From: Schmidtea polychroa
Taxonomy: Eukaryota
Length of the DNA: 64,000 bases
Direction of reading: 5' to 3'
NCBI GenBank assembly: GCA_044892525.1
Contig: CM097885.1
Coordinates: forward strand, 235,974,001 to 236,038,000
Position numbers and translations under genes: made by a program. This document shows, one piece after another, positions 48,056 to 62,344 of this stretch. Position 1 is the first letter of the stretch, and every line of letters begins with the position of its first letter. The notes under the pieces were generated by a model. That model searched no databases, was not told where the DNA came from, and saw only the letters and a program-made list of their open reading frames with translations.

Positions 48056-49970
48056 TTTACTAAATGAACCTCGAAAAAACACTCAGATTATCATAGGAAA
48101 TGTAAAACTGAGCATGATTTTTAATTAATTATTTCTCATTAAATATAATAAGCTTTAACTAAAATAATTAAAATCAATTACATAATCATCCTTTTTTCAT
48201 TTTCAATACATTACCAAATGTCTTTCACCATTCATTTGCCAAAATCATATCCACTAAATCAGAGGATTTCAATCCTTTTTTTACCGGTGGAGTACTATTT
48301 TATATTCTTCGAAAATGCGGAACCGCAATATTAAAAGTGAGTTTAAAATAACAGATATTCACACTACATACATTTATTTTTTATACCAAGATACACTGAA
48401 TTTCAAAATAAAAGTTTAATAAAGAAAGTGAGCACTTCAATAAGAGCAGTACCTGCCAAACATTTTTTGTTCGCGGCACACTAAGAAACGGCCTTTTGTT
48501 TTGCGACACACTAGTAGGTAGATGCGAGCCCCTTACGCCACCATTAGTTACCGCGCACTGGTTAGCAACAGAGCCCTCTACCCCCTCATTTTTCAAGGTC
48601 AAGTCCCGATTATTGATTTTAAAGTGAATTTATAGATTTTTAAGTGCAAAATTTTCAAATTAGAAATTCAAGTATTGATTTAAATGTGCAATTATTGATT
48701 AAAAAGTGCGAATATTGATTTAAAAGTGAATTTTTACTTTTTTGTTTTATTTCACTGTATCGCGGGAGTTTGAAATTTTCAAAATATTATTTCGACTCAA
48801 ATATAGAGGATGACGTCACCTACATCTTTGCTGACCACAACAATTTTGTATCTCTTCAAGATTTGCTGGCGAAAAATTTAAATTTTTCAGAGAAACGTGA
48901 CTAGAAAAAGATTATTTGAGATATTTGGAAATTTTCTTTTTGTAAAATATGGAGAATTGCAAGCCCTACTGATCACGACTTGTTCAAATATTTATTGGAA
49001 AATGGTCAAAATACAAAAAAAAACAAATATTTTGTACCTTAAATGGCGCTAGGTTCCAGAAGCTTATCATGCAAAAGTCTCTAAATTTTACTTTGTAAAA
49101 TGTTAGACCTTTGAGTGAAGTACATTTTTGTTGAAGAAACCATTTTCGTAACTTTTGAAAAAGACGGTTAAAATCACGTTCGAAACTCAGTATAATTTAA
49201 AATCTTAAATTCCCGCCCTATGAGTCCTCATTTTTTTCAAGGTCAAATTTTTTGGCGGCTTTTTAAAAATAAATTTTATTGATTTTTAAGTGCAATTTAA
49301 GTCAGAGGTATTTCCAGTTATTCTTAATATTGAAACCATATTTTGTCCAGACACCCTACACGACAAAGATGTATTCTTTGATGAAAAACAAGAATTCTTA
49401 CAAAATTTGTTGAAAAGATTTCTTTTCTATAGACCTTTTATTTAAGGAACATTTTGGGAACTAGAGGAAAGCGACATAATTAGTCGAGACAACCTTCATA
49501 AAAAAGTTGCGTCTTGATTCAACTAAGAAAGTTTCTTAATAAAATTCTCGAAAAATAACTTATTACTCCCACGAATTAAGAAAATGTAAAATATATCGAT
49601 AATTCTCAAAAGTTCGGCTATGAAATATTTTCATCCTACTTATTTATGACAGTTCATCGAAAAATTGAGATATTTTAACGGGACTTTAAACTTTTCTTAT
49701 TAGTTGTCAATGGAGATGTCGAATCTTTTTTCAAATGTATAAGATTATTTCGCGAAATATGAATTTTTGTTTAAATAAACCCATTTTTTAATATATAGAG
49801 CCCACACGAAGAGTTATTAATACAAATATTTTTGTTTTAGATGTAATTCATAACAGAGATCTCGAATCTTTGTTTAAAATATTTTCGAGGGAAATTTCAA
49901 AATTATGAATTATTTTCAAATTATTTTCATATTAACATATATAAACAATGATTGTAGAACATTAATTTAA

Positions 49971-50588
49971 ATGGATTTACAAAATAAAGCTGTTTATAAA
50001 ATTGTCGGACCTAGTGGTAGAGGTAATTTTTGTATGTAAACTACTGCAGTCTAATTTGTTTGATGATAAATTCAACAAAATATATTGGCATCGAGGTTCG
50101 GAAAATGAAAATGGGTTGATTCATTCAGAATTTGCAAAGTTCAAATGAAAATCATAAAAGGATTTGATAATGATTGGACAAAACGTTTACAAAAGAGAGA
50201 TGTCATCATTATCGATGATTTGTATGAAGAAGCCAACAAAGAAAAGAAATTTAATAATTTGTTTACAAAAATTTCTAGAGATGTTGGAGTTACAGTTATT
50301 TTTATAACTCAAAACCTTTTCCATCAAGGAGGAAATCATAGAACCCGTAATTTAAATGTACATTATGTTACAATTTTTTAAAACCCTAGAGATGTAACAG
50401 TTATCAATTTTCTAGCTAGACAAGCATTTTCAAACAATAGGAAATTTTTACTTGAAGCGTTTCAAGATGCAACTAAAAATCCCCATGGTTATTTATTTCT
50501 AGACTTTACTCAGAAATGTAGCGATGATTTACGAGTTCGTACAGATATTTTCAACAAAATCGGTGCTACTGTATATAAACAAAGTTGA
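49971..50588 (+). pseudogene. Polinton A32-like packaging ATPase (frameshifted)
   Basis: IVGPSGRG (damaged Walker A), IIIDDL (Walker B), ITQNLF, NPRD, PHGYLFLD, LRVRTDIF. Confidence 0.9.
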
Positions 50589-50782
50589 TCAAATCAAAAG
50601 ACTGATAATGTCATTTCAAAAAATTATTGTCAAACCTTCAAAGAAAAGGAAATTGAAAAATTTGATTGGCAAGCGTAAGAAAAGAAAAATTTCAAAGAAA
50701 ATTCCACCGAAAACTAGTTATACAGAACCAAAAGAGTTCCAATTATCAAAACAGAAACCTAAAGAATTTAAAACATCTAGAC

Positions 50783-53700
50783 CAGTGTTCTTCAACCTGG
50801 GTTCCGCGGAACCCTTGGGTTCCGTATAAAAAATTATGGGTTCCGCGAACAAATTTTATGATTTCTTATAAAAAAAGTTTTCAATATAAATAAACATATA
50901 ATAATTTATATTTTATACATTGAAAATTTTCTGTTGTAAAATTTTACGCCTTGAAAATTTATGAAATGCTACAATGACATTGAAATTTTTTTTATTTACT
51001 AAAAATGTAAGAAAAGTATAAATTATCAAAAATATTTGAGAATAATTCGATTTTTTCTTTAAATTTCAATATATAATCCTTTGAAATTTGAATATAGTTT
51101 CTAAAAATAAATTTATAATCATAGGATGCGGGAGTTACCTTGGTTTTGTGATACGTATGTGAAATTTGACGTGTATTTAATTTAGTTTCTAACTGGTGGA
51201 TGTGTTTTATGTTAATCTTTAACTAAAAGTTAATATTTAATTAAAAAGTGTTTATTAAAATAAATTTGTTTATCTGCCTTTATTGCAAAAAGTACAATTA
51301 TTTAAAAAAAATAACTTTGAGTTTTAATTTATTTCATTTAGTGTAAATACAGGTATGTTATTTTTTATTAAATATTAAATATTAAGTATGTGATTTAAAG
51401 GTAGAAAAAAAAGGGTTAAAAATGTATTAAACTTAAAATGTAAACATTTTTTCTAAATTTAATCTTTTATATTTAAACATTCAACTTTTATATATTTAAA
51501 CATTTCATTTATAACTTTATATTAAAATATGTATGAATTTTTTTTCTATTTATTAAGTTTTTCATAATTTTAATTAATTTTCGAAATTTCCCAACATTTT
51601 TAACCTCTTTTGGAGGTTTTTTGATAAGTTTAGTTTTGTCATAAAATCGATTTTATTTAAATTTAAATTAAATTAGGATACCATACCGTTATATAATGGA
51701 TACTTGGTTAAAAACTGGAAAGCTTCCTGCTAAGGTCAAGGAAGTTAATTTAGAAACTGAAACAGCATCGAAAGACAATGCAGTTAGTTCTAGGCTTGAT
51801 ACAGAAACATCATCGAAAAATCTGCCTTCTAAAAACAAAATAGCTAATGATTCAGATAAATCCACTAAAAAAAGAAAGTATGATGACGAATATTTAAAAT
51901 TTGGATTCGCCTGGATTGGTAATGAAAAAGAACCAAATGGATTATGCGTAGAGTGTGAAAAAGTAATGCATAACAGTAGTTTAAATCCAGCAAAAATGAA
52001 AAGACATTTGGAAACTAATCACCCGACTTTAAAAAATAAAAGTATTGAGTATTTCCAGAAAAAGTGTAATGAGCTTAAACAGAAAAATCAGCAATTTAAG
52101 AAATTCATACATGATGATAATATAAATGCTTTGAAAGCATCTTATTTGGTCAGTTATCGTGTTGCTCAACAAGGTGAAGCTTACACTATTGCTGAAAAAT
52201 TAGTGAAACCATGTACCAAAGGTATAGTTTCTTGCATGATAGGAGAGAAACATGTTAAAATGGTTGATTACGTGCCACTCTCTGATACTACTGTATCCAG
52301 GCGGATTATGGACATGGCAAATTATTGTGAAGTACAACTCATAAAACGTTTGAAAAATTGTATCCATGGATTTTCTCTTCAGTTGGATGAATCTACAGAT
52401 GTATCTGGGTTAGCAATTTTACTGGTATTTGTACGATACATTCATGAAATGGCTGCTGAAGAAGATATGCTTTTTTGTAAAGCTCTACCCAGCAAAACAA
52501 CAGGTGAAGAAATATTTAAAATAATTGATTCATATTTTATACAGCATGATATATCTTGGGATTTATGTCACCATGTATGCACCGATGGTGCAAAAGCAAT
52601 GCTTGGGAGTTTGAAAGGTGTAGTTGCGCGTATAAAACAGAAAAATCCTTACATTAAAAATAATCATTGCTGTCTTCATCGACAGGCTCTTGCAGTAAAA
52701 AGAATGCCAGAAGAACTAAAAACTGTTCTTAATGATTGTGTCAAAATTGTAAATTTTATCAAATCAAGGCCGTTGAATTCGAGAATATTCACCTTATTAT
52801 GTGAAGATATGGGAAGTAAACATAAAACATTATTACTTCACACAGAAGTTCGTTGGTTATCTCGTGGTAAAGTATTGACAAGATTTTTTCACTTACGAGA
52901 TGAAATCAGATTGTTTTTTGCTAAACATCCACATGAACTATCTCACAAATTAAATGATGTGAAATGGGTTCAACAAATTTCTTATCTTTCAGATATTTTT
53001 TCATATTTTAATGAAGTAAATCTTTCTCTTCAAGGCCCAAATACGAACATTTTCCAAGTTCAAAATAAAATAAATGCAACTATAATGAAATTAAAATTTT
53101 GGGCGGATTGTATTTTGAAATCAAATACTGAATGTTTTTTTAATTTAAATGATTTTTTACTCTCCAATAATGCTGAAATTAATGAAAATGTTAAAATATA
53201 TGTATTGCAACATTTATCTGATTTACAAGATACTTTTGTGGAATATCTTCCTGCTCAGATAGAAAATTTTGATTGGGTTCAAAATCCATTTGTTGAATAC
53301 TGCAATAACTATCATTTAACAATAATTGATATTTCAACATTGATATTTCAACATTGATATTTCAACTGATTCTACATTAAAAATAAAATTTTTTGAAGGA
53401 GAGATTTTGAATTTTTGGCTTGAAATGTTTTGCCAATTTCCTGACCTCGCAAAAAAAGCTATTAAAATTTTGATGCCATTTGTGACCACTTATATGTGTG
53501 AAAGATCTTTCTCGCTATATATTGCCACAAAAACAAAATACAGAAATAAATTAGATGCTGAAAATGAAATGAGGCTACAAATTACAAGAATTGTACCAGA
53601 TTTCAATGTAATTTGTAGCAAAAAACAGGCTCAACCTAGTCATTGAGTACCATTTAATATCAAATTTCTATTTTTTTTATGTTAAACTTTATATTTTTGC

Positions 53701-53894
53701 CATTAATTATTTAAATAAAATAATTTTATATTATAAAGTGCATTATTTTTTTATAAATTACCACATCGACAACCCCAATTGAATACATATATACATGCCC
53801 ACATATACATGGGGAAATTTTTATTGGAAGGGTTCCGACGACTGCGAAAGTTTTTGGAAGGGTTCCGACGACTGCGAAAGGTTGAAGAGCACTG
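50783..53894 (+). mobile_element. Full-length hAT transposon (Buster/Charlie-like)
   Basis: TIRs CAGTGTTCTTCAACC / GGTTGAAGAGCACTG; 8-bp TSD ATCTAGAC; subterminal GGGTTCCG repeats. Confidence 0.97.
51696..53646 (+). pseudogene. hAT transposase, frameshifted near the C-terminus
   Basis: BED finger, QLDESTD, CTDGAKAM, CLHRQAL, RWLSRG, TTYMCERSFS, QPSH. ATTGATATTTCAAC repeated three times at ~53325-53366 coincides with the frame break. Confidence 0.95.
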
Positions 53895-54578
53895 ATCTAG
53901 ACAAATGAAAATTCCGCGAAGCTTACCGAATTTTACTTCACTACTAAAAGCTCCAAAACAATCAAGAATGACAATTTTAAAATCATTTCCAACATTTGTG
54001 ATTGATGATTTACTAGACATTATAATGAAAGTTGTATATGGAAAAGTAAATATTAGCAATGCAAGGAAAGAAATTTTGAAAAAGCATAAAAAATCTCTTT
54101 TATCGCTTGCAAATAGTAAAAATAAGAAGCAAATGAGAAAGATTATGTATAAAAAATATGAGGAAGTTGAAAAATTCTTAAAGATTAATTAGAAATTTTG
54201 TTAAAATTTAAAATATATTTTTATTGAACAATATTTTAAAAAGAAGAACGAAATTTATCATTTTTAAAAAATATTTTTATCAAAGAATATTTTAAGAAAA
54301 ACTGAAATTTATTTTAAATAACAAATTTAAGAAGAGACAAGTTTTTGAGTATATAATTTATTAAATAAAATTTATGGAATTATTTAGTGATTTGAAAACG
54401 GATGTTATCACGGATGAGAATCCTAATAAACAACATGGTGGAATTATAGCTGCATTGATACCTCTTGCATTATCTTTATTAGGCGGAGCAGGTTTACTAG
54501 GAAGTCGAAGTTCATAAACAATGGGCGGTACTCCTTCAATACCGAATTTTAAACTTGATTTAAATTCAAATTGTTGCA

Positions 54579-55030
54579 ATGGAGAAAATTTGGACAAATC
54601 CAAAAGACCCAGCATCTTTCGGCGGAGTCAACAAATTACAGAAATTAGTCAAGAAATCAAAGAACGAGACAAAAAATTGGTTGTCCAGCAAACTTGCATA
54701 CAGTCTCGACAAGCCAATGTTAAAAAGATTTCCAACAAGATCCTATAAAACATTTGGAATTGATGACCTATGGCAATTAGATTTGATGGGAAATGATTCC
54801 ATATTCGAGTATCAATAAAGGTTACAAGTATATTTTGACATGCATTGGTGTATTTAGTCGATTTGCAAGAGCTATACCTGTTAAAACTAAATCTGCTAAT
54901 GAAATGGCTTAAGCAATCAAGAATTTATTTGCTGATGGACATCCTGATAACTTGCAAACTGACTTGGGTAAGGAATTCTACAATAGTAAACTTAAAACAA
55001 ATTCTAAAAGAAAATCATGTAAATCACTAT
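54579..55030 (+). pseudogene. Polinton retroviral-like (DDE) integrase, N-terminal half
   Basis: PKDPASFGGVNKL, DDLWQLDLM, GYKYILTCI, LQTDLGKEFYN; frameshifted and truncated at NHYS by Gypsy. Confidence 0.9.
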
Positions 55031-55339
55031 AGTATAGTGACTATACTATGCATTCACAGTGTGAGGAGTTAAAATTAAAATACTAAATTAAATTAGTTCA
55101 TGATTAAAATTTGTAAAATTTTAATTGAAACTTAAATTATTTTAAGATATTAAAATTGAAATGATAATTGAAATTTTAAAATAAAATAATTTTTAATAAA
55201 ATTGAAATTCAACTATGAATGCGATGGTATGTTGATATTTGGTTGAAATTAAAATTTAGAAAATGTCCCAAGAATATTTGTTTATATAATCAGATTTAAT
55301 GAAATATAATTTTGGATTTAATAGTCTTAGTAATTTATT

Positions 55340-56461
55340 TTGATGACAGAAGAATTAAATGTTATAGCTTCTAACATGGCGACCATTCCAACGGATCTGC
55401 TTATTGGAAGATTACTTCCAGAAAAATTCCACAGAGGAGATGACCTCGAATTATTTATCAAAGAATGTCAGAGGTTCTTTGAAATAACGAAGACACCAGT
55501 GAAGACCCAAATGGTACTAGTTATTACACTTCTGGACAGGACTTTGATTGAAGAATATGAAACCGCAGAAGGTAAAACCGTTGAACAGAAATTAAGAGCA
55601 GCTTTTCATCGACCAACGTCATTGATTGATGACTTAAGAGAAGCCTTGAACTACGAGCAAGGTAACGAATCAGCGGAAATATTTATAGAGAAAATATCAA
55701 AAATGACTAAAAAATTGGCCTCACACACTTGGAATGAGGAAGAAATTCAGAAATGTTTATTGACACATTGTGTAAAAGATAAAGAAGTCAGGAAAGAAAT
55801 CGAAATGAAAGATCTCAAAACGGCGGAACAAATTAAAGAAACTATAAAGAAGATAGAAAAAGTTAACAAGGTTATTGAACAAGTAAACACGGTGAGATCA
55901 ATACGACCTACAACTGGGGAAAGAACTTATAGAGATGTAGTACAAGTTGGAGCCACGAAGAGAAAAATCAACGAATGGAAACCAGAGACAAGAATTAAAG
56001 TGATAGAATGCTGGACGTGTCAAAAACCGGGACACAGTAGCAGAGAATGTAATATAAAAAGAAGATTTCAATGTTATGCATGTGGTGTTGAAGGTCACAT
56101 ACGAAGAGAATGCCCAACAATCAAATGTCATAGATGCAATGCACGAGGACACAAAGAAAGAGAGTGCTACACAAATATGGAAAGACGAAATTAAGGAAGA
56201 GATCGAGACCAAAGGAAGATGTCAGGAGGAAGAATTCAAAGAAATACCTATCAACAAAGGGAAGATATGTATCAATCAAGGAACGTACATCAAAGACAAT
56301 GGGGAAACCAACAATATAACAGAAAAGATATTGCAGCTATCGAGTCTGATGATGAGATGATGAATACAAAACAGTCAAGCCAGCCAGACGAGTATAACAG
56401 GGAGAATGACCCAAACGAGCACGCTCCGTCAAACGGGACATTGATCGGAGCAATTTACTAA
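55340..56461 (+). pseudogene. Gag with three CCHC zinc knuckles (premature stop at 56192)
   Basis: CWTCQKPGHSSREC, CYACGVEGHIRREC, CHRCNARGHKEREC; frame continues to 56461. Confidence 0.9.
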
Positions 56462-56484
56462 GTAATATTGATTTCAACCAAAGA

Positions 56485-59038
56485 ATGAATGCTAACGGTA
56501 TGTGTAATTTAAGTATGTATGATGATTGTATGATTGATAAAGATTGTAGTGTTTTTGAACGTGATATTAATAATAATAGTAGTGTAGAAATCAAAAAGTC
56601 GAATGATAAGGTAATTCAGAAAAAATTTAAAGAGGAGTGTAAAGTAAATGAATTAGTAAAACACGAGGAAAGAACTATAGAGAAAATTTACAAATTCCTC
56701 AAGAAAAATGGAGACGTGTGTATTAATGAAATTGTAGAAGATACTAGAGAGCAGAATATTTTGTCAGTAGAAGAACAAAAAAGTCCAGTAATAACATATA
56801 ATAATGCAAGGTAGACCGAGTACAACACTGGATATCCAAGGGCGGAAAGTAGATTGTTTATTGGATACAGGAGCGCGAATTAATGTGATGGCTAAATCGG
56901 TAATTGATCGATTAGAAAATATCGAAATATTAGAAACAAGGGAATCGCTAAGATGTGCAAACAACAGTAGATTAGAAACTATGGGTAAAATAAACATCAA
57001 TGTTAAAATGGGCAGTATTGAAAGAAATGTAACATTCATTATAGTAAAGAATTTAATACCAGAAATTATTGGAGGAGTAGAACTACAAAGGTTATTTGGT
57101 ATAGAATTGAAATGTATACTAGAAGAACATGAAAAACGTAGTGATTTCATTTGCGAAATAGAAGCTAGATTTGGGCGGATTATAACAGATGAAGAAAGAT
57201 TACGTCATGCCATCGACGTTTTAAAGGTTACCGGAAATAAGAGACTGTTAGAAATATTTCAGGCAAACAAGAATGTTTTTATGGCAGATAAATGGGACAT
57301 TGGGTGTACCAATCTGATAAAACATAAGATCATCACGAAAGGAGAGCCAATAATGATTAAACCGAGACGTCAGCCAATAAATTTGGAAGACAAGATTGAG
57401 GAAGCAATAAAAAATCTAGAAAACAACGGAATAATTAGGAAGTGTAATTCACCGTGGAACACACCTTTAGTTTGTGTATGGAAGAAAGAGAAAAAAGACA
57501 CCAGGCTTTGTCTAGACTTCAGACAATTAAACAAGATAACATAAAGACAAGCATTTACAATGCCAAATGTAGATGAAATTTTAGACATCCTACACGGATC
57601 CAGATATTTTAGCTCAATCGACTTGGGAAATGCTTATTACCAAGTGAAGTTAGATAAAGAATCTCAAGAGAAAACAGCATTCTCAACAAAAGAAGGACAG
57701 TTCTGTTTTAACAGGATGCCGTTCGGTATTGCAGCGGCACCAGGAACATTTCAAGAATTAATGACGAAAGTATTGAAAGATTTGTGGAAAGATGGAGTGA
57801 TGGTATATTTAGACGACATCCTAATATTCACAAAGACAGAAGAAGACCATTATAACATATTTGAAAAAGTCCTAGGGAAGATCGCAACAGCAGGACTAAG
57901 ATTGAACCCCGAAAAATGTCAAATATTTAGAAAAGAAGTGAAGTTTCTGGGACACATAATAAATAAAGACGGCATACAAACAGATAATACTAAGATAGAA
58001 GCAATACAATCATTTCAAAAGCCAAAATGTGTAAAGAATCTGAGGAGCTTTCTGGGTATCTGTAACTATTATCGACGGTTCATAAAAGACTATGCAAAGA
58101 AGGCAAGAGCACTAGAAAGCATATGCGGAAAAAACAATGAGAAAATAAGATGGACAGAGATGTGTGAAAAGGCTTTCGGGGAAATGAAAGAAGCATTGAT
58201 AACCGCCCCAGTATTGGTATTTCCAGATTTCAGAAAAGAATTTATATTAGACACAGACGCGAGCTTCGATACTATTGGAGCAGTTCTTTCGCAAAAGGAT
58301 GAAAAAGGACATGAACATGTCATTGCATATGGTTCACATGCGATGAGCAGCCACGAAAAAGGATACTGCATTACCAGAAAAGAATTATTGGCAATATACT
58401 ATTTTTGTAAACATTTCAACCATTACTTATATGGTAAGAGATTCGTACTGAGAACGGACCATAAAGCTATTACGTTTATGGTAACAACGAAGAAACCAAT
58501 AACTGCTCAATTCCAGACATGGATGAACTATTTAAGCAGTCTGGATATTAAAATGGAATACAGGAAAGGAACAAGCCATACAAACGCGGATATGCTATCC
58601 AGGAAAACATGCGGAACATGTGTACAGTGTATGATGGAACACGAAGACCCAAAAACCGGCAAAATTAAAACCAGAATATTAACAGTAACAGCAGAAGGCG
58701 GATATAACAAGTGGCAAAATGACAATATGGAGGTCCAAGAAATAAAGAATAAGTTAGAAAATAAAGATTGTAAGTTCATAATGGAAAACAACACGGTACT
58801 AACTAAGCAAGGTAAAATATGGATACCGTCAGATAATAGACAGAGGATGATAAAAGAAGTACACGTATTGCTGTGCAATGCAGGTGCACAGAAAGTAACG
58901 AAATATATTCAGAATAACTGCGACATGGAAAATTTAGCAACGGAAGTAAAAAAGGTAATTGAGAACTGCGAAAGATGTCAGAAAATGAAAACGATAACAA
59001 CCAAGACAAAGGAGGAAACTCAAACAATAAAGAGCACA
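56485..59038 (+). pseudogene. Gypsy pol (protease, RT, RNase H, integrase zinc finger)
   Basis: LLDTGA, YLDD, DTDAS, TDHKA, H..CERC; frameshift at ~56805 and stop at 57542. Confidence 0.93.
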
Positions 59039-61270
59039 AGTAGGTAGTTAGTGGCCTACGGGAACAATAGGGGGGGGGGTAAAAAATGTTGCAAACTTTT
59101 GATTGCATAACTTTTTCCGTAGACATTTTTTGATTACATAATTGTTGCCGCATGCTCCAATGATTTTTTTCTGGGATTTTAAATACAAAAATTTTTTTTT
59201 TTCAATAAACAAGCCAAGAATAAGTATTATTTGGGTGGGTCTCCTTGGTCCTGAGAATTTCAATAGAAAAGGTAGTCTACACTAAAAAAGCATGGATTAT
59301 TCAGACTATAGTGAGGGGGTGGGTTTCCATAGTCCTAGGATTTTCAATACAAAAAGACGGTTTACACTAAAAAAGTTTGGTAATTCAAGGTCTCAGGATA
59401 TTTTAAATACAAATAGGTGGTCTACACTAAAAAACAGTGGCAATTTAAAGTCTCAGGATATTTTCAATACAAAAGCAAAGGATAAGTCAGTATTATTTGG
59501 GTGGGTCTCCTTGGTCCAGGGATTTTCAATACAAAATCTGATTATCACTAAAAAAGCCATGGTTATTTAAGGTCTCAGGATATTTTCAATAGAAAAGGTA
59601 GTCTCCAATAAAAAAGCATGGATTTTTCACACTATAGTGAGAGAGTCTCCATAGTCCTAGGATTTTCAATACAAAAAGACGGTTTACACTAAAAAAGTAT
59701 GGTAATTCAAGGTCTCAGGTTATTTTCAATACAAAAAGGTGGTCTACACTAAAAAACATGGTAATTTTTTTAAAATAAAGCAAATTATGGGTCTAAAAAT
59801 TGGATTACAGTAAATTATGGACTAAGATTTTTAAATTAAAGTAAATTATGGTCCAAATTTTTGAATTACATTAAATGTTGGGTCTAAAAATTGAATTACA
59901 GTAAACAATGGTCAATAATTTTAATTTAAAGTTAAATAAGTAAATTAAAGGCTAAATTAGGAAATTAAAGGAAACAATGGTTCAAATTTTAAATTAAAGC
60001 TAAATGAGTAAATTAAAGTAATAATTTTTAAATAAGTAATGTAATAAGTAAATTAAGGTTCAAATTAGTAAATTAAGATCCAAAAAAAAATTAAATTAAA
60101 GTAATCAATGGGTTCAAATGAGTTAATTAAGGTTCTAAAAAAAATTAAATTAAATTAATCAACAGGTTCAAATAAGTTAATTAAGGTTCTAAAAAAAAAT
60201 TAAATTAAAGTAATCAATGGGTTCAAATGAGTTAATTAAGGTTCTAAAAAAAAATTAATTTAAATTAATCAACGGGTTCAAATAAGTTAATTAAGGTCTA
60301 AAATTTAAAATTAAAGCAATCAATGAGTTCAAATAAGTAAATTAAGGTCCAAATATTTAAATTAAAGTAATCAATGGGCTCAAATAACTAAATTAAGGTT
60401 CTAAAAAATAAATTAAAGTTAATTAAGGTTCAAAATTTAACATTAAGTAATCAATGGTAAAATAAAACTTTAAATTAAAGTTAAATAAGTAAATTTAAGT
60501 AATGTAATAAGTAAAAAAAGTTAAAGTTAGATTTTAAAATTTATTTACAAAAGTTGGAATAATAGTTGGTGATTGAGAATTGAAAATTTTAAATGAAAAT
60601 TTTTAACGTATATTTTTTAAGATAATTTTTAATAGACATTTTTATGAAATATTTTTCAATGTTAATTTCAGATGAAAATTTTAATGAAATAATTATTTTT
60701 TAAGTTAATTTTTATGAATTATTTTTCAATGTTAATTTTAGATGGAAAGTTTTATGTATTATTTTTCAATAGTAATTAAAGATGCAAATCATTGTCAATT
60801 AATCATTCACTACATGAAATTATTGGTTAAATATGAAAATAAGGGCTATATTTGGTTGTAAATTATGGTAAAAAAATTTAAATAAAGTAATACAAGGATA
60901 AATAGGTAAATTAATGTTTTATTTTTAAATTATAGGTTCAAAACTTTAAATTAAAATTTATAAACAAAAGTTGGAATAACCAACCGCTTCTGAGACATAA
61001 AAATTTAAAATAAAATTTTTAAGAAATAATTTTTTAAAGTCAAATTTTAATAGAAACTTTTATGGAATAATTTTTTTAAGTTAATTTTTATTGAAAATAT
61101 TTATGAAATATTTTTTTTAAGTTAAATTTGAATAGAAATTTTTATGGAATAATTTTTGAAGCTAATTTTAAATAGAAATTTTAATGAATTAATAATTGTC
61201 AAAGACAAATTTAAATGGAAATTTTAATGAAATAATTTTCAAAGGCAAATTTAGATGCAAATTTCAATGA
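59039..61270 (+). mobile_element. Third terminus of the pPolB type 1 family, with expanded subterminal repeats; element probably continues to the right
   Basis: AGTAGGTAGTTAGTGGCCTACGG..polyG..TGTTGCAAAC matches the reverse complement ending at 11405 and the sequence at 34094; internal duplications at 59220-59770. Confidence 0.88.
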
Positions 61271-61327
61271 TAATAAAAATTAATAATAAAAATAATAATA
61301 AAAAATAATAAAAATAATATTAATATT

Positions 61328-61384
<57 letters not shown>

Positions 61385-61609
61385 CATAATAATCATAATA
61401 AAAATAATATTAATATTAATAAAAATAATAATAAAAAATAATAAAAATATTAATAATAATTATAATAATAAAAAATAATAAATAAAAATAATAAAAATAT
61501 TAATAATAATTATAATAATAAAAAATAATGAAAATCATAATAAAAAATAAAATTAAAAATAATAATAAAAATAATAATAATATTGATAAAAATAATAATA
61601 ATTATAATC

Positions 61610-61662
<53 letters not shown>

Positions 61663-61878
61663 CATAATAAAAATAATATTAATATTAATAAAAATAATAA
61701 TAAAAAATAATAAAAATATTAATAATAATTATAATAATAAAAAATAATAATAAAAAATAATAAAAATATTAATAATAATTATAATAATAAAAAATAATGA
61801 AAATCATAATAAAAAATAAAATTAAAAATAATAATAAAAATAATAATAATATTGATAAAAATAATAATAATTATAATC

Positions 61879-61915
<37 letters not shown>
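61270..61915 (+). repeat. Compound (AAT)n microsatellite with higher-order duplication
   Basis: Directly visible; same relative position as the short (AAT)n at ~35023 and (ATT)n at ~10205. Confidence 0.97.
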
Positions 61916-61917
<2 letters not shown>

Positions 61918-62344
61918 CAATCGGATACCAACAACTATCAGGTACAACTAGATACCAAGTACATACAACCAACTACTAAGTACCTACAACTATGTACTAA
62001 CAACCAACTAAGTATTCTTTATTGTATTTTATCAAATGATTTTTAAATTAATTTTTTATCTGTCTTCAAAAATATGTTTAATTACAATCAGTAGAAAAAA
62101 TCTTTTCAAAATGTCTAAATTTAACAAAAATGAATAATTGTCAACTCATCACTACTTGGAATTCAAAATAATTTAAATTACAATGAAATACTAATGAATT
62201 CTAATTTACAAAACATTCTTCTTTTAATTGATAACTACTGACTTATTATTGCAAAGTAAAAATCACATTCAATAACTACTTATTGTTGATCAGTTTTATT
62301 ATATATATACTGAGTTTATCCGACAGGATGTTTTGACCCCCTAA

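Larger units (their letters stand above)
50608..54517 (+). pseudogene. Small basic Polinton core-like protein in three pieces (50608-50782, 53903-~54152, 54428-54517)
   Basis: Removing the hAT plus one TSD rejoins KTSR|QMKIP in frame; Lys-rich; ends KQHGGIIAALIPLALSLLGG. Confidence 0.75.
48513..55037 (+). mobile_element. Polinton/Maverick left portion (terminus, ATPase, core-like protein, integrase), interrupted by hAT and cut by Gypsy
   Basis: Starts AGTAGGTAGATG directly after hAT-like subterminal repeats; gene remnants listed below. Confidence 0.85.
55038..59038 (+). mobile_element. Ty3/Gypsy retrotransposon (probable 5' LTR ~55038-55327, gag, pol), cut in the integrase
   Basis: TGACTATA...ATAGTC short LTR candidate, gag and pol motifs; ends at the AGTAGG terminus at 59039. 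Confidence 0.92.

Noticed and set aside
61528..62046. Poly-Asn and poly-Ile ORFs
   Set aside because: Translations of the (AAT)n microsatellite.
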